A model generated the notes under the pieces. That model was not told where the DNA came from. It made no database searches and saw nothing but the letters and a program-made list of their open reading frames with translations. The translations under genes and the position numbers were made by a program. Positions 53,297 through 64,000 of a DNA stretch of 64,000 nucleotides are shown here, one piece after another (position 1 is the first letter of the stretch; the number at the start of each line of letters is the position of its first letter). The stretch lies in NCBI GenBank assembly GCA_013265495.1, contig MU058259.1, forward strand, positions 114,161-178,160. Reading direction: 5' to 3'. Source of the DNA: Vicugna vicugna (Eukaryota).

Positions 53297-53683
53297 TGTA
53301 TTAGTCTTCTTGGGCTGCCATAACAGTACCACAGACTGGGGGGCTTAATGAACAGAAATTTGTTGTCTCACAGTTTTGGAAGCTAGAAGAACAAGATGAA
53401 GGTGTGGGCAGGTTTGGTTTCTTTTGATGCTTGCAAGATGGCCAACTTCTTGCTATAGTCTGATGTGGTCTTTTCTCTGTGTGCATGTGTCCCTGGTGCC
53501 AATCTGTCCTAATCTCCGCTTCTTATAAAGACAAAAGTCATATTGGATTAGAATTCACCCTAATGTCCTCATTTTAACTCATTCACCTCTTTAAATGCCC
53601 CATCTCCAAATAAAGATTCACATTCGGAACTACTGGAGTTTCGGATTTCAGAATTTGGGGAGGGCACAATTCAGCGCATAACG
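53297..53683 (-). mobile_element. MaLR LTR (MLT1A/B-like)
   Basis: tgtattagtcttcttgggctgccataaca...cttcttataaagaca...gggcacaattcagcgcataac. Confidence 0.87.
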
Positions 53684-55159
53684 GATTGTCTTCTAAAGTA
53701 GCTCAAAGCACTTTATAGGGGAATTTAATGAATTGGTCATTACATGGTGAGGAATTTAGGGGCAAGGGCAGTGGGAGGGGTCCAGACATGGCTATTGTGT
53801 GAATTAGATCAACTTCAGGGAGCTGCTATAGAAAAATACTGACATACATTTCACTTGGCGCAAATGCCGGGGATTTCCCACCAGCTGAGTCCACCTGAGG
53901 TGCTTGTCACTGAAATAAGTCAAAGGAAATATAATAGAGAAATCAACCTGCTTTTGACAACAGGAGTGTTTGCGTGTTTTAATCCCACCGACCTCAAAAT
54001 CAGTACAATCCAGGCCAAGTGGTCTGATCATTTTCTCTTGGTCACCCCAACAGAAATTACCTGCCAGCAATAGGGTTTGTCATTCTGAGGAAGGAAAATC
54101 CATCCTACAGCATGAATGTTCCTAGTGGAAAGATATAACAAACTCTCAACCTGAATAGATAGCTCTATACCTACAAGTCAAGAAGCCCTGGTGGACTCAT
54201 TTTTTGTAAAACAACAAAGTCCAAAACCATAAACAACAAAACCCATTTATAATTTAAATTAGTAAGACCAATAACTTAAGCTTTACCAAAAATCACCAAA
54301 AGAGAAATGGATGAGCACATTAATGTGACTGGTAATATGCTTTATTGTTCACTTAGAGATTTAATCAGTGTGGTTTAAAGATGATAGTTCCTTCCTTAAT
54401 TTTAAAGAGAAATTCTCCTTTCAGTAGATTAGAGGTTAGTAATGTATTTTCTAATAATGAAATTAATGTTAATGAATCCAATATTGAAAGGCAGTAGTAA
54501 CCATTTAAAAGCAAAGGAAGCAGAATTCTACAATCAAAGACATCTAAACCTTTTTTTAAGCTAAGTTTCCTCTCTTGTTCCTAAACCCACTATTCTTTTT
54601 AACTCTTGAAACTTTGAGTTAATGAAGTGGGGAGTGTAGAGAGAATGGCTACAGTCCAATTTGCAAAGTAAATATATTTCTTTCTTGTTATGTAATTCAA
54701 GAATGTCAAGCATCAGGATTAAAGTGGGCACTTAAAAGCTTTTCTTTTTCTTTCTATTCTTTGGCGGGGAGGGAGGCACTGGAGAAAGGGGTAAAGATAT
54801 AGGGACACTCTTTTGATTTTAAACCAAGTTATACAAAATTTCAGTGAAATGGATCCAGATTGAATTAGAAAATGGACTGAAATAATGCTTACAGCCTAGA
54901 GGTTTGCTGCAAACCAGCAGTTACTGTGTGTGGCAGTCAAGGGTGGCTTTTATTTATTCATTTATTCTTTATGAATATATGTATTTGTTTTTATTTCCCT
55001 ATTTTGATGACCCATATCATCATGGCTGCTGAATTCTCAGGGAGCCACCTATACTAATATTCTAAGCATATCTCCCAGGAAGAAAAACTTTTATTAAAGT
55101 TGCTGGGCATGTTTGAATAACATCAAATTAGATAGGATTTCTGCAGAGTACAACTTGAT

Positions 55160-56280
55160 ATTTTTCTTTTAAATCTTTTGAATTGTGAAATAACACACAC
55201 ACATAGAAAAGGACAGAAAACAACAATGCATAACTTAATAAATGATTGTGAAATGAGCTCACATGAATCACAACCCAGGTCAAGAGAGCATTTACAGTGC
55301 CCCAGGAAGGTCTTGGTGTGCCCTACCTCCTTTGCCAAGAAGTCACTATCCTGATTTTTTTTTTAGTGTTTAGTTCCTAGTGGTCTTTATACATTGACTT
55401 CTTGTATAACCTTAAACATTCTAGCTTAGTTTTGCCTGGTTTTGAACTTTATATAAACAGAATAATAGTCTTTACACTTTTTCTTATTATGGTAAAATAT
55501 CCATAACAAAATTTACCATATTAACCACTGTTAAGTATACAGTTGAGTAATATTAAGTACAGTCCCATTGTTTTGAAACCATCACCACCCTCCATCCCCA
55601 TAACTTTTCATCTTATAAAACTGAAACTCTGTGCCTGTTAAACAATAATTACCCATTCTCCCCTCCCCCCAGCTCCTGGCAACCACCATTCTACCTTCTG
55701 TCTTTATGTTTTTGAGTATCCTAAGTATCTCATATAAGTAGAATTGTATAGTGTTTATCTTGTTGTGATTGGCTTATTTCACTTAGTATAATGGCCACAT
55801 TTTGACAATCCATTCGTCTGTCAGTGGACACTTGAGTTGCTTCTTGTTTTAGCTATTGTGTGTAATGCTGTTATAAATATGGGTTTACAGATATTTCTTT
55901 GAGGCCTTGCTTTTAACTCTTTTGGGTGTATACCCAGTAGCAGAATTCCTAGATCGTATGGTTCAAATAAATGGAATAATACAGTCTCTACTCTTTTGTG
56001 TTTGATTTGTTTCAGTTAAATTTTGTTGGCGGGGTATACCCATGTTGATGCATGTAGCTGTATTTCCTCTGTTTGGGGAGTCTATTATTCCACCGTGTGA
56101 ATATGTTACAGTTTATCCATTCTACTCTTGATGGATCTGTGAGTTGTTTACCGATTGGATCTATTATGAATAGTGCTGCTGTGAACATTTTGGCACATGC
56201 CTCTGCTGCACACATTTCTACTTTGTATACATCTAGCATTCTGGGTTGCTGACTTATAGGGGTGTGTACCTTCAATCTTA
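55160..56280 (-). mobile_element. Old L1MC/ME fragment with a nested L1MB-type 3' end (~55480-55960)
   Basis: ggtaaaatatccataacaaaatttaccat...ctggcaaccaccattcta...; outer piece encodes CAKMFTAALFII. Confidence 0.75.
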
Positions 56281-56929
56281 GTTGACTTGGATTGTGTTAC
56301 AGTGAAAAGAATGCAAAAACCTATGAGTTAAATAGATACTGTTTTTCAATTTTGTTTTTAAACTCCTTGTAAAAAATAACTTCATTTGCAGGTCTTGCAT
56401 CAGACTTTTGTTCTGCTCTCAGTAGATGTATACCTCACATTTTGTAAGCAAGGTTTCTGTGTCTGGGCATGACCCATGGGACACAGAAGGATGACTGCTG
56501 CTGTCTCCTAGACATCCAGAACAGGAGCTGGCAAACTAAAGCACCACAGTCTGTTTTCTCTAAATGAAATTTTATTGGCACGCAGCCACACCTATCATTT
56601 ACATACTGTATGTGGCTGCTTTTGTGCTACGGTGGCAGAGTTGAGTGATTGTGGCAAAGCCTGTATGACCCACAGAGCCCAAAATAGTTACGATCTGGCC
56701 ATTGCTGCCATGACAAATTACCTCTAATATAGTGGCTTAAAACAACACAAATTTATTATTTTATGGTTCTGTAGATCAGAAATCTGACAGGGTCTCACTA
56801 GGCTAAAATCATGGTTTTTGGTTTTTTTAATCTTTTAATTTATTTTCTTTTTCCTCTTCTTTTTTTTTCCCCCCAGTTTTATCTTTTTTTCCCCCTCTTT
56901 TCCCTCTGTTTTTCTTTTCCTCTCTTTTT

Positions 56930-57207
56930 CAAACTTGTGTCCAGGACTGACTTTCAGTTGATCACATTGAGGGAGCTACCCTGCTAGGTAGGAAACCCCC
57001 ACCCAGAAGCAGGTCATCTAGGAATGATTTAGCACAAGGTTTCCCACGAGCCTGCCTTGCATGACTGGTGAGCGGGTGGCCACCTTTCTGGCCACACCCC
57101 GTATCCCAGGACTAAGGGCTCTCTTCACTGGCCCCTGATCTCTACCCACTGTGCATGGCGATGTATGTGGCGGCGGGGACCGCTAGAGGCTCCTGTGGTG
57201 CCAATAC
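56930..57207 (-). pseudogene. 28S (LSU) rRNA 3'-terminal retrocopy, CpG-decayed
   Basis: Minus strand gtgctaaatcattcctagatgacctgcttctgggtgggggtttcctacctagcagggtagctccctc...gaaagtcagtcctggacacaagtttg matches the mammalian 28S 3' end (gcgctaaaccattcgtagacgacctgcttctgggtcggggtttcgtacgtagcagagcagctccctc...gaaagtcagccctcgacacaagggtttg); A/G-rich tail at 56819-56929. Confidence 0.93.
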
Positions 57208-57271
57208 TAGGAATATTAGTGATGAGTTAAATTTTCATCCCAGAATCTGCCCTATGAAATTCATCATTAGA
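57208..57271 (-). pseudogene. SNORD90: 5' part of a box C/D snoRNA retrocopy (SNORD90/HBII-295-like); terminal box D absent
   Basis: Minus strand tctaATGATGAatttcatagggcagattCTGGgatgaaaatttaactcatcactaatattccta: box C at 57261-57267, guide atagggcaga complementary to 18S tctgccctat (Um354 region), D' box mutated; identity recalled from memory. Confidence 0.78.
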
Positions 57272-57444
57272 CTAAAATCAAGGTTTTGGTAGGGCTGACA
57301 TTCTCTTCTGACAGCTCTAGGGGAAAATCTGTTTCCTTGCCTTTTCCAGCTTCTAGAGGAAAGGCCCTTACCCCCTTATCTGGGACTAAAGCAAACAAAA
57401 CAAAGTGAAATGAAACAAAACAAAACAATCCTATAATCCTGCAT

Positions 57445-57985
57445 GTATGTCTTCAGATGCTTTCAGTTGCAAGCAGTAGAGACCTGACTCAAAGAAGCTT
57501 AACCTATAAAGAGCAATGTAATAGGAAGTGCAAGTTCAGGTAGCTCCAGAGGTGGTTGGTTTTTCTAGCAGTTCAATAACAGTCTCATAGCTCCAGGTTT
57601 TCTCTCTATTTTTGTTGTGCTGCCTTGAGCATCAGTTCCCTCCTAGCACCATAGTGACCATCCTGGTTTGTTGGTAAAACCAGTTTATGCCTTCTGCCCT
57701 GAAATAATTAGTAGTAGCAGCCCCTTCCTTCCTCAGTAATGTCCTAGTTTAGAGATCAATTATAGGATCACCTGCGTTGTGTTCTTGCTTCCAGTTTCAT
57801 ATGCAGTTACATTATCTTCACATCCATTGGGAGAGGGAGGGATTCTCTCCTGAAACAGCAAGGACTTACCCATAAAGCCTCCAGCGAATCTCTCCTCTCA
57901 TCTCTTTGGCCCAAATTATAGCAGGAGGGATGCAATTAGCCTCAGATCACACAGACCCCATCCTAAAGTTAGGATCAAATTGTAA
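57445..57985 (-). mobile_element. Old MaLR LTR (MLT1K/L/N-like)
   Basis: tgctttcagttgcaagcagtagagacctgactcaa...ctccaggttttctc...ctcatctctttggcc. Confidence 0.6.
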
Positions 57986-58984
57986 GGTACATGATTTCAT
58001 AGAAGAGTGATGGATACCTGAACAGTATTTGGGTTCTATTAGGAAAGAGGAAAGTCAAATGCAGAAGGGAGCAGCCACAAGCAAACCCTTTATAATGAGC
58101 CTGCTTCTTACTCTTGACAATTTCTGAAAATCCTCTGAAGTCAAATGCTCTCCTGATTGAGACTAGACAGAACAACAGCTGAACTATCAGAGACTTCAGT
58201 GCCAGGCAGGGACAGTACCTCACTACTCTGTGTGTTGTAGCAGGTAGCTTATTACTGTAAAATAATAGCTCCTTGGGATATGTTCGTCAGTTGCCCAACT
58301 GAAGGACCAACTCATGTATCCTCTGATTCAGTCTTTGCTAAAATTAGCAAAGATTTCACATGAACTCTATGATGCTCTTTGGATAAAATCAGGGTATAAT
58401 AAAGTTCATGTGAAATCTCCAAATGAAGAATACTGAAGCCCCCATGCTGACCATATTAGAACTCTGCTCTATCAAAATAGTCAAACCCTTTACCTTACCC
58501 TTTGGGCTCTGGATATTCCTTAGGTCAAATGTCATTGCAGTTGGACTGTCTCTCTGAATGCTCTCCATCCTCTTTCCCTGAGCCTGGATTTGGTTTCAAT
58601 CCTCTGTGATTTAATTACCCCTTGCTATTCCTTTTAGCATTTATCCCTTTCACATTGTGATTATGTTTTCAAATGCCTGCCTCATTCAGTTAGTCATCCA
58701 GTAAATATTCTTAACCACCAGAATTTTTTGAAATAGTTTCAATTTTAAGTACATTATTCAACTTCAGTAGAATATAGACCCCTTAAGAATTTCTTGCAAG
58801 CAATCAACCCTTTCCCCCAGTCATAGTCACACCCATGAGCATTAAACTGACATCTACGACTTCAGAGCTTCCTGGAACTCCTAGAGAAATCCACAGTAAC
58901 GCTCATGCAGATTAGATCAAATCATGTCGGCTTAGCCATCAACTCAAGTCACATATGTCTTCTACAGAGCATATCAACACCCAG

Positions 58985-60345
58985 GGCCCAACAACTCTCA
59001 AATCTAGGTCTCCAGCTTAGATTTTGAAGTCCAGACCTGCTCTTGCAAATGCCTACGGGACTTCTCTATGTGGCTACCCAACAGGCACTTCCAACTCAAG
59101 ATGTCCTAACCAGAACTCCCTGGAGCAGACACTGACGGTGTGCCACCCTCATCACTTGGATGCTTCCATTTCAGCGTGCTTCACAGACATCCAGCTGCCA
59201 GCATCTTCTCCCTGTGCCTGAGAAGGACTCTGCCAATTCTGGGTGGCAGGTTGAAATTGCCAGAAAATCAGCACCCCCTGGGCCCTTAACCAGCTTCCTC
59301 ACCTCCTGAGTGGCACAACACTCTTTTCATCATGTCCAAGAGTTTGCCCGCGGGATTAAGCTCCAGTTGCCCATGACGGTGTTTGGCCTTGATATCATCC
59401 CCCATTGGCTGCCATCTCCACTTCCCTACCAGGGCTTCCTTCACCTTCACATTTAGGATCTGTTTCTGGGGGAACCTACAGCATTTATCATCTCCAGCCC
59501 CAAATCTACTTGTCTTTCTAGGGACATCTATCTCAATGACCACACCCCCACCCAATTCAGAAAGCCAGGCGTCAGTTTCTCCAACTCCTCCTGTTTCCTC
59601 CATCAGTAAGTCCTGTTGATTCTATATCCCAAGTACCACAACTCAAGTTCTGACCCTTCATCTCTGCTGGCACTGACTTGACGCAAACTCTGATCATTGC
59701 CACAGTCTCTCTCACCTGGTCTCCCAGCTGCCAATCCCATCCCGCTGCAATCAGCCCTTCATGCCCACTGCCAGAGTGGTCATTTCTCAACCCGAATCTT
59801 TCCCAGTCACTCCCTTGCTTAAAGTTCTTCGGTGCTCCCCACTGACTACAAGAAAAAGCTCCTTCACAGGACAGACCAGGGACCTCAAGGGACTGCTAGC
59901 TTCCTCCACCCCTCCTTGCTGCTGTTCTTCCCAGCCCCCACTCAGCCTCACACAATATTTGTAGCTTCCAGATCCTAGCTTTAGTGCCTGATATTATTCC
60001 CTTCACTTGGAATGGCTTCCCATTCTTTGAAAAGCTCCCACTCAGCTCTCACTGCCCTGCTCTTAGCACCATCTCTATGCCATCTTTTCTGACTGCCCTG
60101 CTCCATGCCACTCCCTACACCTTCCTGTGTGGGGACAGGTCCACTCCTTTGGGGTTCACCTAGCCCATTTTGTAACCCCTCATGTACACATAGTGTCACA
60201 TTGTATTACTAATAGTTTATTGACTGGCCTGCGAGCTCGTTGGGGTCAGCAAGACATGTTAACCATCTCTCTAACCACAGTCCTTAGTTCAGTGACTGAC
60301 ATACAGCAGGTGCTTCATAGATGTTTATTGGATAAATGAATGAAT
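58985..60345 (+). mobile_element. L2 3' region interrupted by an LTR16-family LTR (~59137-59482, plus strand)
   Basis: caggcacttccaactcaagatgtcc...gtaagtcctgttgattcta...ccagagtggtcatttc...gtttattggataaatgaatgaa; the LTR has attaagctccagttgccca...tctgtttctgggggaacc. Confidence 0.8.
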
Positions 60346-61369
60346 CGCCCATCTGGCATGTAGGTGAAAACTAGATTATGAGTAGATGCTGTATTAGAGA
60401 AGTAGGATATAGATGAAAGAATCAGATCTGAAATGGGAAATTTCCTGTGTCCTTATTTAAAATCACCAAATACTAGAATTACAGAACTCAAAAATCACCC
60501 TGAGCAACCCTGCAAGATTTTTTTGGTTCTTTCCTGCTATTTTGGTTTGTCCTTTCTTTCCTCCATTTTCCTAGGTAAACCTTTAACTGTATGAATGCAG
60601 TACTTCCACATTAATGTCCCATTTCTGTCCCCGAACATCTCCTCCCCTGCCAATCCAGACCCTCCCTTTATGGACTCTTCCCCTTCTCTCTGCAAGGGCA
60701 GCCACAGTGAAAATACAGAGGGATACCACTGCACATTTCTCTGGAAATGGGGGCCATGATGCCTGTTTATTATGCGTTAATCTGAATCAATATAGTCTCT
60801 CCTGAAAACATAAGCACCTCAAAGGGCAGCAAATATGAATCACAATTGCTAGCGAGGATCAAACATTAACCCAGGACTGTGATGAGGCCAACAAAAGAAA
60901 TAGGCTAGTAATTGCCTTCCAGGATATCAATCCCTACCTTATATACACATACCCCCTCAACACACACAAAACCTTTATGGATCTTTCATCCATGAACTTG
61001 CCCAATTATAATTGCCCAGTTGTGTCTTTAGTTATATTCAGGCTAGATCCTGGCAACCGAGACCTCACATACCTGATCCAAGGACTCAGAACAGTTATGA
61101 GATCTTTAGAGGAAGTCTTTGGCTTCTGACATGGCTGAAGACGCATTCACAGACATATATTTCCACAGGTATCATTAATGACTTACAGCTGATTTAAAAC
61201 CCCTAGAGCCTTACTGAAACAAGTAGGAACTGGTACTTTCTGTTGATACTCATTTCTATCAGTTCTTAAACTTGCATTGTATGTCTTTCTTCTCTTATGT
61301 TGATTGGGTACTTCTTAATTTCACTTTTTTTTTTCCAAAAGAGGAAATTCCTTATCAAGGAATGGTACC

Positions 61370-61620
61370 ACCAGAGCTGACTTCTCCCTTAGGGGCAGTA
61401 GGCACCACGCCTGAGGCCCAAAATACTTTCAGAGGCTCAGGGAAATGTTTTCATTTCTTTTAAAATCAGAAAAAAACGTGATCTTTTAGGTCAAAGAAAA
61501 TGTTTTAATATATAATATTAATACATTTGCCTTTACACCAATGCAAACATAAAATGTAATTGTTACTATTTTTTTATGGAGGAAAGAGTCCACAAAGGCA
61601 AAGTGTCCATGCAAGGCATA
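61370..61620 (+). mobile_element. hAT-Tip100 MITE (ORSL-like)
   Basis: gcagtaggcaccacgcctgaggccc...ttttaggtcaaagaaaatgttttaatatataatattaat...tatggaggaaag. Confidence 0.55.
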
Positions 61621-62039
61621 ATGTTTCTACCACATTATGTTTGCAACACAACAAAGTTAAAATAGAACCTTTCAAACACAGGTTCCTGTTCCCATACTAA
61701 TCATAAAGTTGCCAGGCTGCACACTCTGTGGGGCCACCCCAGGTTCTACCTGACGCCACTAATGTGAGTGTTGGGGCTCAAGGAGGTCTGAACACGCAAA
61801 GGACAGCAAGAGTCAGACTACTGTCTGCTCAGATTCAAGTAATTTCTGCTCTGCCATTCTCTCTCAAATATCTGCATCCTATTTTGATTACCAGAAAACA
61901 CTCTTTTCATATTTAGGGATTAATTAAACCAGTGTAGTTGCTTCCTTTGCTCTCTTAAAACATTTATAGGATTTGGGGATTTTTTAACTTTGTTTTAAAA
62001 TGATCAATACTACTACTGCTACCTATCATTTATTTACTG

Positions 62040-62135
62040 GTTAGGGACCATATAGTCATCATCTCTGTCACTTCAGCTTCTTAGCCCAGTGTCTGGCAAA
62101 CACTAGGTGCTTAATAAATGTTAGATTAACAACTG
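62040..62135 (+). mobile_element. L2 3' end fragment
   Basis: cccagtgtctggcaaacactaggtgcttaataaatgttag. Confidence 0.75.
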
Positions 62136-62254
62136 AATCACCTCTCAGGCAAGTTTGCGGAAATGCGATTATGTCCGTGGACTGATTTTGTCTTTAATAA
62201 TCTCATACACTGTGAAAAGGGTCTTTGAGCTGTATCCCAATTGGCATTTTAAGG

Positions 62255-62533
62255 AGGTGGTCCCTAGGCCCTCGCCACCTCTCCCGCCTCCATCCGCCAG
62301 CCACTTCCTCCCTCCTGGGCTCTGTTCTCGCTCTTCTCCATCCTGGGGTCTGGAATGGTCCCCAGCCCGCCGGGAGGCATCAGGGTCCGTGCTTGGGCCT
62401 CCCTCCCGAGCGTCGCCCCCCGACCCCCGCGCTCCGGCGCCCCTTCCGCCACCCCGCGCCTCCCACAGCCACGCCCTCCCCGTGGGCGAGATCACCTGTC
62501 CCTCCTCCGCCGCCGCCTCCTCCAGCACCCTTA
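62255..62533. promoter_or_regulatory. Truncated CpG-island-like, GC-rich segment (promoter, first exon or 5' end of intron 1)
   Basis: The densest CpG cluster in the window (cgccccccgacccccgcgctccggcgcc, ccgccgccgcc); G-rich on the minus strand; ends abruptly at the MLT1D junction. Confidence 0.6.
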
Positions 62534-64000
62534 CTGCTGTCATTCTTTGGCTCATGGCCCCTTTTTCCATCTTCAAAGCCAGAGATGTTGCATCTCTCTC
62601 TGCTTTTCTTCCATAGTCACATCGCCCTCTGATGACTGCTGGGAAAGCTTATATGATTTTAAGGACCCGTGCAATTAGATTGTGTCCTAGACTACTCACA
62701 TAGTCCAGGATAAGCTCCCTCTCTCAAGATCTTTAACTTAATCACATCTTTGAAGTCCCTTCTACTACATAGGGTGACATATTAATAGATTCTGAGGATT
62801 AAAACATGGACATCTTTGTAGGCCATTATTTTGCCTAGCACACTAGCCCTTTCCAGGAAAAAGTTTGCCCACTCCTGATCAAAAAAAAAAAAAAGTTGAG
62901 TATCTAGTTGGAATTTAATGCCGTCTAGTAGGAATGTTACTTCTTAGTCAAGAATTTGGCATTTCCATGATCCTTAGCTTCTCTCCCAATCTACCTAAAG
63001 TACCTAAAGTCATCCTGGCAAATGAGACAAGTGTCAGGGCTACATTATTGACACTTAAATGCTGTGGCAGAATTAAAGTACAGACAACCCCTTGTTGCTT
63101 TTCTCTTAGAAAATTTTCTCTTGTCTTCTCTGATTTTCCCAATGGACTTAAACATGCTTTTCAGCAACAAATTCTGTCTCAATCTCTCCCAACAGGCCAG
63201 CAAATCCTTACTTCAGTATTCTGACAGACATTAGCATTTTCCAACTCAGCCAAAAATGACCTCACTGAGATCACATTATAAAGCCCTATTAAACACAATT
63301 GGCAATATAAAGCAATCAAGAGCTATCTTTCCCATATTTACTGACCATATTAATAGTCTGTCAGCCTGTCTCTCTCCTCCTAGTGCATTTCCTTAGGAAT
63401 CAAATATTTAGGAAGCACTGTTTGCCTCCCTTATCACTCTTGCTTTTCAGCAATCCTGTGAGATAATTATCTTATTTCTTCCCTTCTGAATTCCTAGATA
63501 ATATACCTACCAGAGTGTTTGGTCCTAACTCTAATCCTCTCATTATCAGATCTCAAAATGGTATTTTGTCCCACTTCCTTGAAGCCTTTAGCACCTTAAG
63601 CTGAGAATTTACTCAAATCTCACTTTAAATATTTTCCTAAAGATCGCAATCTTTACCCATTTTTTTCAATCAGTGTTTTTTGAATGACTTGCTAGGTCAC
63701 CCTTCATGTATCATTTTAAAAAATTTTTCTCCTGAGAAGGAAAGTTATAAATCACAAAGGAAAATGACATGATTCTAATATTTAAGCTACCTGGTATTTA
63801 TATATTTAATGGGATAGATAATAAATTTTAGAGCAAGTTTTTGAAATGCTGAAACACTAGGGTTTCATGTTTTGTGTATATTTTAAAAGATGTCTAAGTG
63901 AATTTTTCAATCAAATCTATAAAAATAAATCCAAAATTCTTTGCTCTTATGTGCAATTAAATGAACATATCTTGAATTTAATGCAGCTATTTAAGTATGT

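Larger units (their letters stand above)
56701..62842 (-). mobile_element. MLT1D-like LTR in three pieces (56701-56818, 57272-57359, 62534-62842)
   Basis: Pieces join into the same sequence as the intact copy at 17050-17522: ...ttccagcttctagagg | ctgctgtcattctttggctcatggcccc...ggccattattttgcctagcaca. Confidence 0.85.
56522..62877 (+). mobile_element. MER58A hAT-Charlie element split into halves (56522-56700 and 62843-62877) by nested insertions
   Basis: TIRs caggagctggcaaact and agtttgcccactcctg match 14/16; 8-bp TSD atccagaa (56514-56521) vs atcaaaaa (62878-62885) matches 6/8; body ttttattggcacgcagccac...gcagagttgagt...atctggcc continues as ccctttcc...aaagtttgcc. Confidence 0.82.

Noticed and set aside
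62155..62678. Overlapping 107-153 aa ORFs on both strands
   Set aside because: Expected in GC-rich, stop-poor DNA; they are low-complexity and run into MLT1D sequence.
1..64000. CRISPR arrays, operons, tRNA genes or intact rRNA genes
   Set aside because: None seen; this is mammalian DNA and the only rRNA-like sequence is a decayed retrocopy.

Overview
Repeat-rich eutherian genomic DNA with no recognisable protein-coding gene. It is probably camelid: the L1 3' ends resemble alpaca/camel L1, and I saw no pig PRE1, ruminant Bov-A/BovB or cetacean CHR SINEs. The longer ORFs in the track are L1 ORF2 remnants or chance ORFs. Much of the window is L1, L2, MIR, MaLR (MLT1), ERVL (LTR16/LTR33), ERV1 solo LTRs and hAT MITEs, with a 138-bp N gap at 22489-22626. 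The most unusual part is a nested structure at 56522-62877. One MER58A transposon (matching TIRs and 8-bp TSD) contains an MLT1D-like LTR, and that LTR holds two insertions. (i) A TSD-flanked chimeric retrocopy joining the 5' part of a box C/D snoRNA (recognised as SNORD90) to the 3' end of 28S rRNA and an A-rich tail. (ii) A ~5.17-kb block of older genomic DNA ending in an abruptly cut CpG island, whose other end resembles a sequence ~5 kb upstream. Repeat subfamily names come from my memory of consensus sequences and were not checked by search.
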